From IMG/VR virus record IMGVR_UViG_3300045988_087270, positions 1 through 64,000 of that record: a stretch of DNA of 64,000 nt; one strand, given 5' to 3'. Below, in pieces: positions 18,056 through 27,767 of the stretch. A program made the translations under genes and the position numbers. Below the pieces are notes generated by a model. That model had not been told where the DNA came from, searched no databases, and saw only the letters and a program-made list of their open reading frames with translations. This DNA is from a virus. The stretch's first letter is position 1; each line of letters starts with the position of its first letter.

Positions 18056-18469
18056 ATGTTACAGATTTATACTGACGGTGCTTATAAATCTTCTATTGAC
18101 CAAGGAGGTATTGGAATAGTGTGGATGAAAGATGATAAAGTATTTAAAAAATACTCCAAAGGCTTTAAACATACTACTAATAATAAAATGGAATTAATTG
18201 CAATGTTATGTGCTTTTAAATCTATTAAAACCCCAATGGATGAAATAGAATTTATAAGTGATAGTCAATATGTATTAGGATGTCTTACTATGGGTTGGAA
18301 GAAAAAGAAAAATGTAGAACTCTGGAATATTTTAGATAAAGAATATGAGAGAGTTAAATCTTTAGTAAAAAATATTAAATTTACCCACGTTAGAGGACAT
18401 CAAGATTGTTTTGGTAATAATTTAGCGGATGAGTTAGCTAGTAATGCTAGCTTAGAATTATTAGAGTGA
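18056..18469 (+). CDS. rnhA: ribonuclease H (type 1)
   Basis: IYTDGA...NNKMELIA...SDSQYV...HVRGHQ...NNLADELA catalytic residues in order. Confidence 0.7.
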   Translation: MLQIYTDGAYKSSIDQGGIGIVWMKDDKVFKKYSKGFKHTTNNKMELIAMLCAFKSIKTPMDEIEFISDSQYVLGCLTMGWKKKKNVELWNILDKEYERVKSLVKNIKFTHVRGHQDCFGNNLADELASNASLELLE

Positions 18470-18687
18470 TGCATTTAGTTTTATCAATAATAATTGTTTT
18501 TGCTTGTATAGCTATTTATGTTGGATCTGCATTTGCTGTTATAGATAAATGGACTAAAAATGATGTTTCTTTTAATATAGTATCAATATTAATATTAGTA
18601 TGTCCAATTATAAATACATTATTAGCGTTGTATTATGGTTATCCTGAGTTTAAAGAAACTTTAAGTAAAATTTTTAAAAATAATTAA
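18466..18687 (+). CDS. small membrane protein
   Basis: Two TM helices. Confidence 0.4.
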   Translation: MMHLVLSIIIVFACIAIYVGSAFAVIDKWTKNDVSFNIVSILILVCPIINTLLALYYGYPEFKETLSKIFKNN

Positions 18688-18689
18688 TT

Positions 18690-18869
18690 ATGGCTAAAGA
18701 AATTGTAAAAGTAACAGTAGACACTATTACTATTTATCGTACTACTGGAGGTAAAATTGCGGTAAAACGTAGTGATAGATTAAAACCAAGTAGATATTTC
18801 GATGATATTAAAGCTGCTCGTAAGTATGCTGACGAGCACTTTGAAGGTAATGTCTCAGAGTCTCTCTAA
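18690..18869 (+). CDS. small hypothetical protein (59 aa)
   Basis: ATG ORF below the track cutoff immediately after the previous stop. Confidence 0.35.
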   Translation: MAKEIVKVTVDTITIYRTTGGKIAVKRSDRLKPSRYFDDIKAARKYADEHFEGNVSESL

Positions 18870-19145
18870 GACATTTTCATTTCTAGAGTGATAAATTACT
18901 CATGATTCTATATTTAGAAGTTTGTAGGCTATTCTAGACATGTCTATGACTAAATTATGGTATTTACTTAGATAATTTTAATATTACACAGATGATAAAT
19001 TTTCTTTTAATTTTCAATTCTAGTTAAAATGAAGTATAAAGCAAAGCTTGAAAGACTTCGTCAGAAGCAGGTATGGTGGGATAAGCTTCCTCAATCAGTA
19101 AAGAATGCAACAACAAGACCTGGTGGTATTGGATCAAAGTAATCT

Positions 19146-19463
19146 ATGATAATCAAAGAATCTGATTTTGAATTAAAATCTTCAACAAGTGATGAAAGTT
19201 GCCCTCATTGGGATTTATATATTATAAAGACCATTAATGCTAAATCTAAAACTAGAGAGTCTAGAGAGGAACTTACCTTAGTAGGATATGGATTAACCTT
19301 ATCTGGAGCTATGGCATCAATTGCTAGATATAGAGTAGCTAAAGCTAATCCTGAAAAGGCTTTAACTATGCAGCAATATTTAGATTCCTATACAAAAGAA
19401 CTTCATAGATTATACGACATTGTAGGGGAAACTCCTAACAATACTACTTTGATGGAGGAATGA
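19146..19463 (+). CDS. hypothetical protein
   Basis: 105 aa. Confidence 0.45.
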   Translation: MIIKESDFELKSSTSDESCPHWDLYIIKTINAKSKTRESREELTLVGYGLTLSGAMASIARYRVAKANPEKALTMQQYLDSYTKELHRLYDIVGETPNNTTLMEE

Positions 19464-19729
19464 TTAAATCAATTCCTATAACTACTTGGAGAGACGAACA
19501 TCATAGAGACGTTACAGTTTCTAAGATGTTCGTCTATGAACTTACAGCATATGCTCACTATAAAGATAGAAAAGAGTTGTTAGGTAGTAAGTTTATATCT
19601 TCGAGTAACCCTCTTAAAGAGAGAGTACAAGTTACTAAAAAGATTGGGTATAGAATTATAAAATCCATTGATTTAGTATCAGCTCCTCTAGATTATATTA
19701 TTAATAATTCTAAATTTAAAAAATTATGA
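19460..19729 (+). CDS. hypothetical protein
   Basis: 89 aa; ATGA overlap. Confidence 0.45.
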   Translation: MIKSIPITTWRDEHHRDVTVSKMFVYELTAYAHYKDRKELLGSKFISSSNPLKERVQVTKKIGYRIIKSIDLVSAPLDYIINNSKFKKL

Positions 19730-20148
19730 CAAACGCTAAGCAGAAATTCGTAGATTACAGAGAAGGTAGTTTTATAGACTTTGAAGGTAAAGATCATTAC
19801 TTTGTAGTATGTGCTGTTCTTAAAGAGAATACTATACTTGGAAATCTTACTAGAATTCTTAGTTTTGGAGTATCTTTCTGTAATCCGGTAGATAAACATA
19901 ATAATGAACTTGGTAAGAAGATTGCTTATGGTAAGAGTGTTAGTGATAGAAATACTAATGTATTAATGGGCAGAGCAGGACTTCTAAATATTGATACTGT
20001 AAAATACATACTCGATAATGAAGTTAATCATGTAAAACAATATCCTGAGCAGTATAGTGTGGCATATGCTAAAGCTAAAGAAAAATATGAAAAAACTAAA
20101 GCTTTAGTCCAAAAAACAGCTTTATATAATAAAGTAGTAGCAGATTAA
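19726..20148 (+). CDS. hypothetical protein
   Basis: 140 aa. Confidence 0.5.
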   Translation: MTNAKQKFVDYREGSFIDFEGKDHYFVVCAVLKENTILGNLTRILSFGVSFCNPVDKHNNELGKKIAYGKSVSDRNTNVLMGRAGLLNIDTVKYILDNEVNHVKQYPEQYSVAYAKAKEKYEKTKALVQKTALYNKVVAD

Positions 20149-20480
20149 TGAAACTTTTAGATAGAATAATTTTAATATTAATTCTAATTACTATAATAGG
20201 GGCTACTATCTTTTTATATAGAGGATTTAAACCTACTACTGTAATGCCTACAGATACGTTAGAAAGAAAAATAGACTCATTAAATAGTAAGAAAGATTCT
20301 ATTAAAGTTAATATCAATAAGTGTGATACTGCTATCTACTATAATAAAACTATCTATGTTAAAGAGAAGGACAATATTATTAGGCAGTCTCCTGATAGCG
20401 ACATGCAGTTTTTCACAAACTACATTCGAGAAGTCGGGAGAAAACTTCTTATTGACACCGTATCAATTAAAAATAACTAA
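20148..20480 (+). CDS. membrane-anchored hypothetical protein
   Basis: N-terminal TM helix LLDRIILILILITIIGATIFLY. Confidence 0.4.
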   Translation: MKLLDRIILILILITIIGATIFLYRGFKPTTVMPTDTLERKIDSLNSKKDSIKVNINKCDTAIYYNKTIYVKEKDNIIRQSPDSDMQFFTNYIREVGRKLLIDTVSIKNN

Positions 20481-20721
20481 TCTTATTTTTAATGAGCATA
20501 AATATTTACTAGTAAATGATAGTCTACAAAAAATTCAAATAAATAACTACAAATCTTTAGTAAATACATTGGATAGTACACTAACATATAAAGATTATCA
20601 AATAAAAATTCAATCTGATAAAAATAAAGAATTGTATATACAAAATAAAAAATTATCAAAATTGAATTATTTATTTGGAGGTATAAGTATATTATCTATA
20701 ATATGTGCTCTAATACATTAG
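20356..20721 (+). CDS. putative lipoprotein / membrane protein
   Basis: MLKRRTILLGSLLIATCSFSQ signal with lipobox, C-terminal TM helix. Overlaps the previous ORF by ~125 nt in another frame. Confidence 0.35.
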   Translation: MLKRRTILLGSLLIATCSFSQTTFEKSGENFLLTPYQLKITNLIFNEHKYLLVNDSLQKIQINNYKSLVNTLDSTLTYKDYQIKIQSDKNKELYIQNKKLSKLNYLFGGISILSIICALIH

Positions 20722-20929
20722 ATACCTACATAAAGGATACTGATGGCAAGAAATTTAAATTTCCAGATAGAGATTGTAAGAATTGTAAAAGATATAAATG
20801 CTTAGTAAATATGGACATGCTTAAATGTAATTTTGCTAAGTATGGATGCAGAAATTATAATCCTAGATAACTAAAATTACTAAAAATTGATAAATAATAT
20901 TTACGCCTTGAAAAAGGATTACCATATTA

Positions 20930-21268
20930 TTGCGGAAATTTATTTATCAATTAATGGTTGTTTATAGTAAATTACTTGAGAAATTTAATGATAGCTTAGG
21001 CTATGTAATATATGTATTCGAATTGTTAGATAATGAGGATAAGCTTAGAGAAAAAACTAAATATCTTATGTGTACTCAACCTCCTAATTGGAGTGCTGCT
21101 ACTATAAATTATGGGGATATTGGTTATCTTGAAGTGAAGCCTGTAATAGCAGGAATAGATGAATGGTACGATGGGGACACACAACAGAAATACAGATATA
21201 ATAATGTCTGGTTTATTAAGTTTGTCCCTCAAAGACCTAAAAACGTAGATGATATAATAATACAATAA
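20930..21268 (+). CDS. hypothetical protein
   Basis: 112 aa. Confidence 0.45.
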   Translation: MRKFIYQLMVVYSKLLEKFNDSLGYVIYVFELLDNEDKLREKTKYLMCTQPPNWSAATINYGDIGYLEVKPVIAGIDEWYDGDTQQKYRYNNVWFIKFVPQRPKNVDDIIIQ

Positions 21269-21284
21269 ATAATCTTTAAGATTT

Positions 21285-22271
21285 ATGACAACAGTTTTAG
21301 GTGATAAACTCAATAAAGCTTTTGAAGCTAAGAATAATGATGTAGAAACATTTCTCTGGAAAGGTTCCAGAAAAATTGTAAATGGTGAACGCGTTCAGTC
21401 TTCTATGAAAATGGTAGATATGACTGAGGAAGAATTACGTAATGCATATAAACATTGTGAATCAATGCTTTATAGTGACAACTATGAAAATCCTGGACGA
21501 CGAGTTTTGTTGGAACAGATTGAAGACCAAAGAACTCGCTGCAACGCTGAGTTATTTTTGATTTGGTTATTATATCCAGGTGAAGGTAGTACTAGACAAG
21601 GTATTGTAAGAACTAGTTTCTTTAATATGCTTAATCAACAAATTACTGCTCAAGCAGAACAGTTTGCTAAAGAGAATGCAGAAAGTGGAGAAGGCGAAAC
21701 AAATGTTAGTGCTATTGCAGAAACTCTTTTTAAAGAGTGGACTCTTAATGATATTATGAATAGTGATGAAGATTCATTTACTATGTTTGCTTCGTTGCCT
21801 TTATATATCGTTAGAGAAGCTTGTTTGTCTGCTTTAGGTAAATGTGTTCGTAAACACATTACTCTTACATTTATTACTGAGCTTGGATTGTGGTTTACAC
21901 GTTCTGAGTTATTGGAATTAAACAAGAAAGACGAGAATGGGCGTTTAGTAGATAGAATTAAGCAAGTTGCTGAACTTCTAAATATTAAACTGAGAGATCC
22001 TAAGAATCCTGAAGACAAGAAAGGTCTTGTTTTAAAAATTGATGATAGAAAAGGCTTAACTCTAAAAGAGTTTAGTGCAATGCTTACATTCCGTAAGGAT
22101 AAATATGATAAGCGTTATAATGATCTGACTAAAGTACAATTAGAAACCTTAAGAGATAAAGTTTTACTGCATCTTGAAAATAAGGTTAGATGGCAAGCTT
22201 CAGAATGGGAGAAGCGTATTAAACAAATTAAAGCAGTAGCTAAATATAATGGCTACAAACTCTCTGATTGA
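21285..22271 (+). CDS. hypothetical protein
   Basis: 328 aa, no motif recognised. Confidence 0.5.
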   Translation: MTTVLGDKLNKAFEAKNNDVETFLWKGSRKIVNGERVQSSMKMVDMTEEELRNAYKHCESMLYSDNYENPGRRVLLEQIEDQRTRCNAELFLIWLLYPGEGSTRQGIVRTSFFNMLNQQITAQAEQFAKENAESGEGETNVSAIAETLFKEWTLNDIMNSDEDSFTMFASLPLYIVREACLSALGKCVRKHITLTFITELGLWFTRSELLELNKKDENGRLVDRIKQVAELLNIKLRDPKNPEDKKGLVLKIDDRKGLTLKEFSAMLTFRKDKYDKRYNDLTKVQLETLRDKVLLHLENKVRWQASEWEKRIKQIKAVAKYNGYKLSD

Positions 22272-22380
22272 GGGAGAATTATTTCATAAAATCACTAGAG
22301 ATGAGCGACAAGAAGAGTGTCGTAGAAAATGGATAAAAAATCGTTGCGTTGGAACAATAGTTGCATCCACGGGATTTGGT
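22249..22380 (+). CDS. SF2 DEAH-box helicase, exon 1 (ends ...VASTGFG)
   Basis: The reading frame ends in the first half of Walker A. Joining GGT(22380) to AAA(22703) gives STGFGKS followed by motif Ia IIVPTETLQKQW. Confidence 0.6.
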
Positions 22381-22702
22381 ACTGTAAAAGCGGGTCATAT
22401 ACCCGTTAATTACGATGCCGTTCCGATAGAGGAATCTTCGGAATTATTATCGAGCAAAATCGGTGGAAGCCCTATAGAGGGTAATACCGAGGTAATAGAA
22501 GAAATTAAAGAATCTTCTACACCGTACAGCATAGAGAATGAACCTAATGAATAGTCTAGTTATTAACTAGACTATTTTTATTAGAATATAATTTCTCCAC
22601 GAGTGTTCGATGCCCCAACTGAAATAAGTGGGTAAAAATTTATGCGGGGCTTATTAGTAATAGTAAGAAGTATAGATAAAAAGCTATACGATAACAAGAC
22701 CG
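22381..22702 (+). mobile_element. ORF-less self-splicing intron (probable group I) at GGT^AAA of the helicase P-loop
   Basis: 322 nt; exon ends in U and intron ends in G; 3' ~45 nt homologous to the other two introns of this family; internal palindromic hairpin tagtctagtt/aactagacta. Confidence 0.6.
22660..22702 (+). repeat. conserved intron 3' terminal element, copy 3 of 3
   Basis: agtatagataaaaagctatacgataacaagaccg; stem gtatag/ctatac covaries with the other copies. Confidence 0.7.
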
Positions 22703-23860
22703 AAATCCAGAATAGGACTAAACTGTATTAAAACAGTGCTAAAACATTTTCCACAATATCGAGTACTAATAATTGTACCAACAGAAACTTTACAAAAGCA
22801 ATGGTATGGACATATAGACTCTAATGGATTAGGATTAAATTGTGATGTACAAATAATAAACACTGTAATAAAACATCCTGCCAAATATGATCTTTTAGTA
22901 CTGGATGAAGCTCATAGATATGCAGCTGAGACTTTTGTAAGATTATTTGAAGTAGTAAAATACCAATTTATCTTAGGTCTTACAGCTACTTTTGAGCGTC
23001 TTGATGGTAGGGATAAAATATTAGCACAATATTGTCCAGTAATTGATACTATTGATATTAATACTTGTCTTGCAAATGGTTGGGTTAGTCCATATAAAGA
23101 ATATCTAGTCTTAGTAAATGTTGATAATTTAGAAGAATATGAAAAAATAAATAAAGAATTCATTTCTCATTTTGAATTCTTCGGATTCTCTTGGGAGTTA
23201 GTTAATAAATTAGCTGGTCCTATGGGTTGGCGAAATAAACTACTCCTAAGAGATTCTATGTGTAGTGACCCTAACAAAAAATCTGAAGTATTACAAAGTA
23301 TAAATTATCATGCTATCAGATTTTGGGCTACTATGCACGAAAAGAAAGCTTTCATAAATAATCACCCAAAGAAAATTGAAATAGTAAAGAAAATTATAGA
23401 AGCTAGGAAGGATAAAAAAATAATAACTTTTGCCAATAATATTAAAATGGCAGAAAAAATTCCTAATGCTACTGTATATTCCAGTAGAACTTCTAAAAAA
23501 AGAAGTGCTACAGCTATTGAAGATTTTAACTCTGGAAAAATAACTTTATTATCTACAGTAAAAAAAGCTGATGAAGGGCTTGATGTGAAAGGTCTTTCTG
23601 TAGCTATTATATTTGGATTAGATAGCTCGACTACTAGAGCTTGTCAACGAAGAGGAAGATCGATTCGATTTGAACAAGGTAAGACAGCAGAAATATTCAA
23701 TATAGTATTGAATAGGACTCAAGAAACTAAGTGGTTTTATGATTCTCATAAAGGAGATTCTTTTATAACTATAGACGAATCAGAATTGGATAAAGTGTTA
23801 CAAGGTAAAGACTTTACTCCAGGTGAAAAGATAGTTCCTAAATTTGATTTTAGATTCTGA
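22703..23860 (+). CDS. SF2 DEAH-box helicase, exon 2
   Basis: Motif Ia PTETL, motif II LVLDEAH, motif III LTATFER, motif VI QRRGRSIR. Confidence 0.65.
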   Translation, partial: KSRIGLNCIKTVLKHFPQYRVLIIVPTETLQKQWYGHIDSNGLGLNCDVQIINTVIKHPAKYDLLVLDEAHRYAAETFVRLFEVVKYQFILGLTATFERLDGRDKILAQYCPVIDTIDINTCLANGWVSPYKEYLVLVNVDNLEEYEKINKEFISHFEFFGFSWELVNKLAGPMGWRNKLLLRDSMCSDPNKKSEVLQSINYHAIRFWATMHEKKAFINNHPKKIEIVKKIIEARKDKKIITFANNIKMAEKIPNATVYSSRTSKKRSATAIEDFNSGKITLLSTVKKADEGLDVKGLSVAIIFGLDSSTTRACQRRGRSIRFEQGKTAEIFNIVLNRTQETKWFYDSHKGDSFITIDESELDKVLQGKDFTPGEKIVPKFDFRF

Positions 23861-23938
23861 ATCTATGTATTAATATCGCTCTGAAAAGAGATTAGCTTAA
23901 TTACAGTATGGAAGATTTTTAATTATCCGAATTACTGT

Positions 23939-24550
23939 ATGTTTGATTTAAACATTGATGAAGAAATAACAATTTTAGAAAAATATAATATTACTCCTAC
24001 TGAATTATTTGTTGTTAAAGCTATAAATGCTTATATAGAAGATTATTCAGAAGATTATCTTCGTAGATATTTAGCTATTGATAAAAAATATGTAGGAAGT
24101 CTTATAGATGTACTTAAATCTTTACAAGATAAGGGTCTTATCCTTAAAAGCTATAAAATTATTCCAGGAATGAAACTAGTTCCTGAAGAGATACCATTTA
24201 ATAAGAACTTTCTAAAATGTTTAGCTAAGAGTTCCTTTGAAATGGGAAAAGAACTTAGAGAACATTATCCTAGATTTAGAAACATTAATGGATGCTTAAC
24301 TAGTATGCTAGGTGTTTCTAAAAAGTTTAATAGTCTTGAAGATGCTTATAGAACTTATGGAAAGAAAATCCATTGGAATGAAGAACTTCATAAAAAGATT
24401 ATTGATTTACTAGATTGGGAAGCTAATACTGATAATGGTATTATTAATTACAGCTTAGCTACATTTATTGTAGATGAAAAATGGGAAGATCTTGAAGCTT
24501 TAAAGAATGGAGACACTGGAATGGATTGTAATACTGTTACAACTTTGTGA
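23939..24550 (+). CDS. hypothetical protein
   Basis: 203 aa. Confidence 0.5.
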   Translation: MFDLNIDEEITILEKYNITPTELFVVKAINAYIEDYSEDYLRRYLAIDKKYVGSLIDVLKSLQDKGLILKSYKIIPGMKLVPEEIPFNKNFLKCLAKSSFEMGKELREHYPRFRNINGCLTSMLGVSKKFNSLEDAYRTYGKKIHWNEELHKKIIDLLDWEANTDNGIINYSLATFIVDEKWEDLEALKNGDTGMDCNTVTTL

Positions 24551-25617
24551 GTTTAGAAAGTTTTAAGAAAGAAGTAGAAAACGGTAGATTAGGAAGAAAC
24601 CATGGATTGAGCATAGGCTTATCTAAACTAGAAGAAATAACTGGAGGACTTACTAAAAGTACCTTTACATTGTTGTTTGCTAGTTCAGGAATTGGTAAAA
24701 GTTCTGCAGCATTATATTCATATGTTTATATTCCATTAAAAGAGCATCTAGAAGATGGTAAAATTAAGATTATTTTCTTTGCTCTTGAGATGAAAGAATC
24801 CTTTATTATAGCTAAACTATTAAGTACGTATTTGTATGATACTTATCATATTAGAATATCTGCTAAACAGATACTTTCTATAGGTAAAGATTATACCTTA
24901 CCAGATGATATATATGAATATGTAAAATTAGGATATGAATGGCTAGAAAAAGTATATAAAAATTTAATTATATTTGATGGTGCTCATACTTCTGATAAGG
25001 TAATATCTGAAATTATGCAGGTTCTTAAAGAAGAGGGCACTTTTGAAGATGGTCATTATACTCCTAATAATCCTGAACAAACTGTTTTAGCTGTAATTGA
25101 CCATGCAGGACTTTTAGTACCTGCTAATGGACGCACTAAAAAAGGAGAGATTGATGAATGTGCTAATAAACTTGTAGTTGTTAGAAATAAAACTGATTTG
25201 TCTATTCTTTTCATTATGCAATCTAATAGAAGTGTAGCTAATATGGAAAGAAAGAAAAATGAAGCATTCATGGAACCAATGGTTGAGGATATCAAAGAAA
25301 CTGGTACTCCAAGTGAAGCAGCAGAATTGATTCTAGCTGTCTATAATCCTCAAGTTGATAAACGTTCTTCTTATAGAGGATATCAAGTAAAAGAAATGGG
25401 TTATAGATTCAGAAGTATTCTTGTATTAAAATCAAGATATGGAGAAAATCAAGTAGCTGATTGTTGTTTCTTTGATGGCATGGTAAATAAATGGGTAGAA
25501 TTACCTCCACCTTCCGAGATTTATGATTATTCTAAATACCGAGCTACAGATAATAATAATTTAACAGATAATATTGAAGATGAAAAAGTAAAAAGTAAAT
25601 TAGACTATAGTTTATGA
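24547..25617 (+). CDS. DnaB-like replicative helicase (RecA-fold C-terminal domain)
   Basis: Walker A SSGIGKSS, Walker B AVIDHAGLL, QSNR motif. Confidence 0.55.
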   Translation: MSLESFKKEVENGRLGRNHGLSIGLSKLEEITGGLTKSTFTLLFASSGIGKSSAALYSYVYIPLKEHLEDGKIKIIFFALEMKESFIIAKLLSTYLYDTYHIRISAKQILSIGKDYTLPDDIYEYVKLGYEWLEKVYKNLIIFDGAHTSDKVISEIMQVLKEEGTFEDGHYTPNNPEQTVLAVIDHAGLLVPANGRTKKGEIDECANKLVVVRNKTDLSILFIMQSNRSVANMERKKNEAFMEPMVEDIKETGTPSEAAELILAVYNPQVDKRSSYRGYQVKEMGYRFRSILVLKSRYGENQVADCCFFDGMVNKWVELPPPSEIYDYSKYRATDNNNLTDNIEDEKVKSKLDYSL

Positions 25618-26369
25618 TTATTGGTTTAGCAGGTTTGAGTGGTACCGGAAAAAGCACTTCTTTGCGTTATTTAGATTATAAATCAACATTTATTATTAGT
25701 TGTACTAATAAGCAACTTCAAATTCCTGGATTTAGACGTAAGTACAAGAAAGCTGAAGTTGTAAATAAAAAGCCAGTTGGAAATTGGCTCGTATCTAATG
25801 ATTATACTACTATTGGTAAGTGGTTGAAAATTATTGATAAATTACGCCCTGATATTAAGACAGTAGTTGTAGATGATGCTAACTATTGTCTTTCAAATAA
25901 TATAATGGATTCTGCACTTGAAAAAGGTTGGGATAAACACGTTGTGTTTGCTAAGAATTACTATGATTTAATCATGGAAGCTAGTGAACTGCGTGAAGAT
26001 CTTAATGTAGTATTCATTAGTCATATTATTAATGCTGGTACTGATCTCGATGAACATTGGCAGTTATATTCTAGTGGTAAAATGTTGGATAGAACCGTAA
26101 ATATTGATGGTTTATTTTCTTATATTTTATATACTGAACGCCAGGTTGATGATGATGGCAATATTAGTTATTTCTTTAGAACTAAAACCAACGGTAATGA
26201 TACTTGCCGTAGTGTTGATGGATGTTTTAAAGATAAATTGATTGAACCTAATATGCAAAAGGTTTTAGATACTATCCATAACTTTGAGTATGGTGAGGAA
26301 GAAGAAGAAATCGCAGATGACAATAATGAAACCAATAATGATGACAATATTTTAAATGAAGCTAATTAA
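25614..26369 (+). CDS. P-loop ATPase (RecA/Sak4-like), acidic C-terminus
   Basis: GLAGLSGTGKST Walker A, VVVDDANY Walker B. Confidence 0.5.
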   Translation: MIIGLAGLSGTGKSTSLRYLDYKSTFIISCTNKQLQIPGFRRKYKKAEVVNKKPVGNWLVSNDYTTIGKWLKIIDKLRPDIKTVVVDDANYCLSNNIMDSALEKGWDKHVVFAKNYYDLIMEASELREDLNVVFISHIINAGTDLDEHWQLYSSGKMLDRTVNIDGLFSYILYTERQVDDDGNISYFFRTKTNGNDTCRSVDGCFKDKLIEPNMQKVLDTIHNFEYGEEEEEIADDNNETNNDDNILNEAN

Positions 26370-26961
26370 AATGACAATTAAGTCCGAGTGGCTTAATGAA
26401 GAAACTGGAGAAGTTTTTACTGATACACGTGAATTGAAGGATGATTCTGTAAAGAAGCCGTCTACTCGTAAATCTTCTTCTAAAAAGAAAGATTCAGAAG
26501 TAGATGATACAAATCCTAATCCACTATTAATTCTTGAGGAGAATAAGTATATTCTTAATAGGGCTGCTGTTGAGGCTCTTGGTGTAGAACCAGGAGATAA
26601 GGTAGACATTAAACAGCAGAAACTTAATAAAAAGGAATGCTTAGTTATCGGAGCTGCTGAAACATTTGGTACGCAGTCAGGTAATAAATTAACTCAGAAG
26701 AATGCAGTTTCATATAGAGGAAAGAATAACCAGAACCTTGCTGAGCATGGTAATGAGTTTACTTTTACTCCACATCCTAAAATTGATGGATTGTTTATAT
26801 TAACAGGTAATCGAGAGCCTGAGATTAAAGAAGATGTGGTTCCTGAAGCAGAGGATATTGCATCAGAAGATGAATTAGATGACGAAATGGCTAGTCTTAT
26901 TGACGGCAACGCAGATGATACAGAAATCTCAGATAATGATTTTAATTTCGATAATCTTTAA
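26356..26961 (+). CDS. acidic hypothetical protein
   Basis: 201 aa, Asp/Glu-rich C-terminus. Confidence 0.45.
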   Translation: MKLIKMTIKSEWLNEETGEVFTDTRELKDDSVKKPSTRKSSSKKKDSEVDDTNPNPLLILEENKYILNRAAVEALGVEPGDKVDIKQQKLNKKECLVIGAAETFGTQSGNKLTQKNAVSYRGKNNQNLAEHGNEFTFTPHPKIDGLFILTGNREPEIKEDVVPEAEDIASEDELDDEMASLIDGNADDTEISDNDFNFDNL

Positions 26962-26973
26962 TAATATAGCAAT

Positions 26974-27744
26974 ATGAATTTGAATTTTGGTGGTCTTGGT
27001 GATATTAATCCTACAAGTAAGAAAGGTCTTCGTCCTTATGGAATTTATCTCGTTCAGTTAAAAAATGTAGAAGTTAAGGAAGGTCAAGGTAAGCAAGACC
27101 CTACTACAACTTGGAAATCTCTCGTACTTCATTTTGAAGGAGAAAAAGGAACTTATCAAGAATCATTGTTTTATCCTAATGAAAATTCTGCTAAAAGATA
27201 TGAGGGTAAGAGAAAGGATTCTAAGGGTGTAGAATTTCCTTATGTACTTCCTTCAGCGTTTGAACAGCTTAAGGGTTTTATGCTTCATATTATAACAGTA
27301 GTAGGAGGTGATAAGGCTAAAGAATTGTTTGTGACTAAAGCTCCTACTTGTAAGAGTACTGACCAATTTATGCAACTTTTCCAGGCAGTATTGACTAAGT
27401 ATTGTATGAAAAAAGATTTCTACTTAAAGCTTAGTGGTCGTAAGGAAAAGAAAAAGGATGAAAAGGGAGTAATGAAGGAGACTGGTAATGTATTTGCTAA
27501 GATTCCTGATATTGGAGCTATTAATAGTGATGGACAGTTCTATATCCGTGATAATTTTGCTAGTTTAGAGGAAGATAAATTGTCATTCTCTAGTTATGAA
27601 ATTAAACAGAAAGAGGATATGGAGAAGCGTAAGCCTACTACTCCTGTGCCAGCAGCTGATTCAGAAGAGGCTAAATCTATCGACTCTACTGAGGGCAAGG
27701 AGGCTCAAGATGAAGACTTCGACGCTATGCTGGCAGATATGTAG
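26974..27744 (+). CDS. putative ssDNA-binding protein
   Basis: Position in the replication module; acidic C-terminal tail EDFDAMLADM like phage SSBs. The call rests on little evidence. Confidence 0.35.
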   Translation: MNLNFGGLGDINPTSKKGLRPYGIYLVQLKNVEVKEGQGKQDPTTTWKSLVLHFEGEKGTYQESLFYPNENSAKRYEGKRKDSKGVEFPYVLPSAFEQLKGFMLHIITVVGGDKAKELFVTKAPTCKSTDQFMQLFQAVLTKYCMKKDFYLKLSGRKEKKKDEKGVMKETGNVFAKIPDIGAINSDGQFYIRDNFASLEEDKLSFSSYEIKQKEDMEKRKPTTPVPAADSEEAKSIDSTEGKEAQDEDFDAMLADM

Positions 27745-27767
27745 TAATTACAAAGTAAGTAGTTTTT

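Noticed and set aside
22551-22590. Perfect 10-bp hairpin followed by T5 as a transcription terminator after ORF 22249-22554
   Set aside because: It lies inside the 322-nt helicase intron and is better explained as an intron stem.
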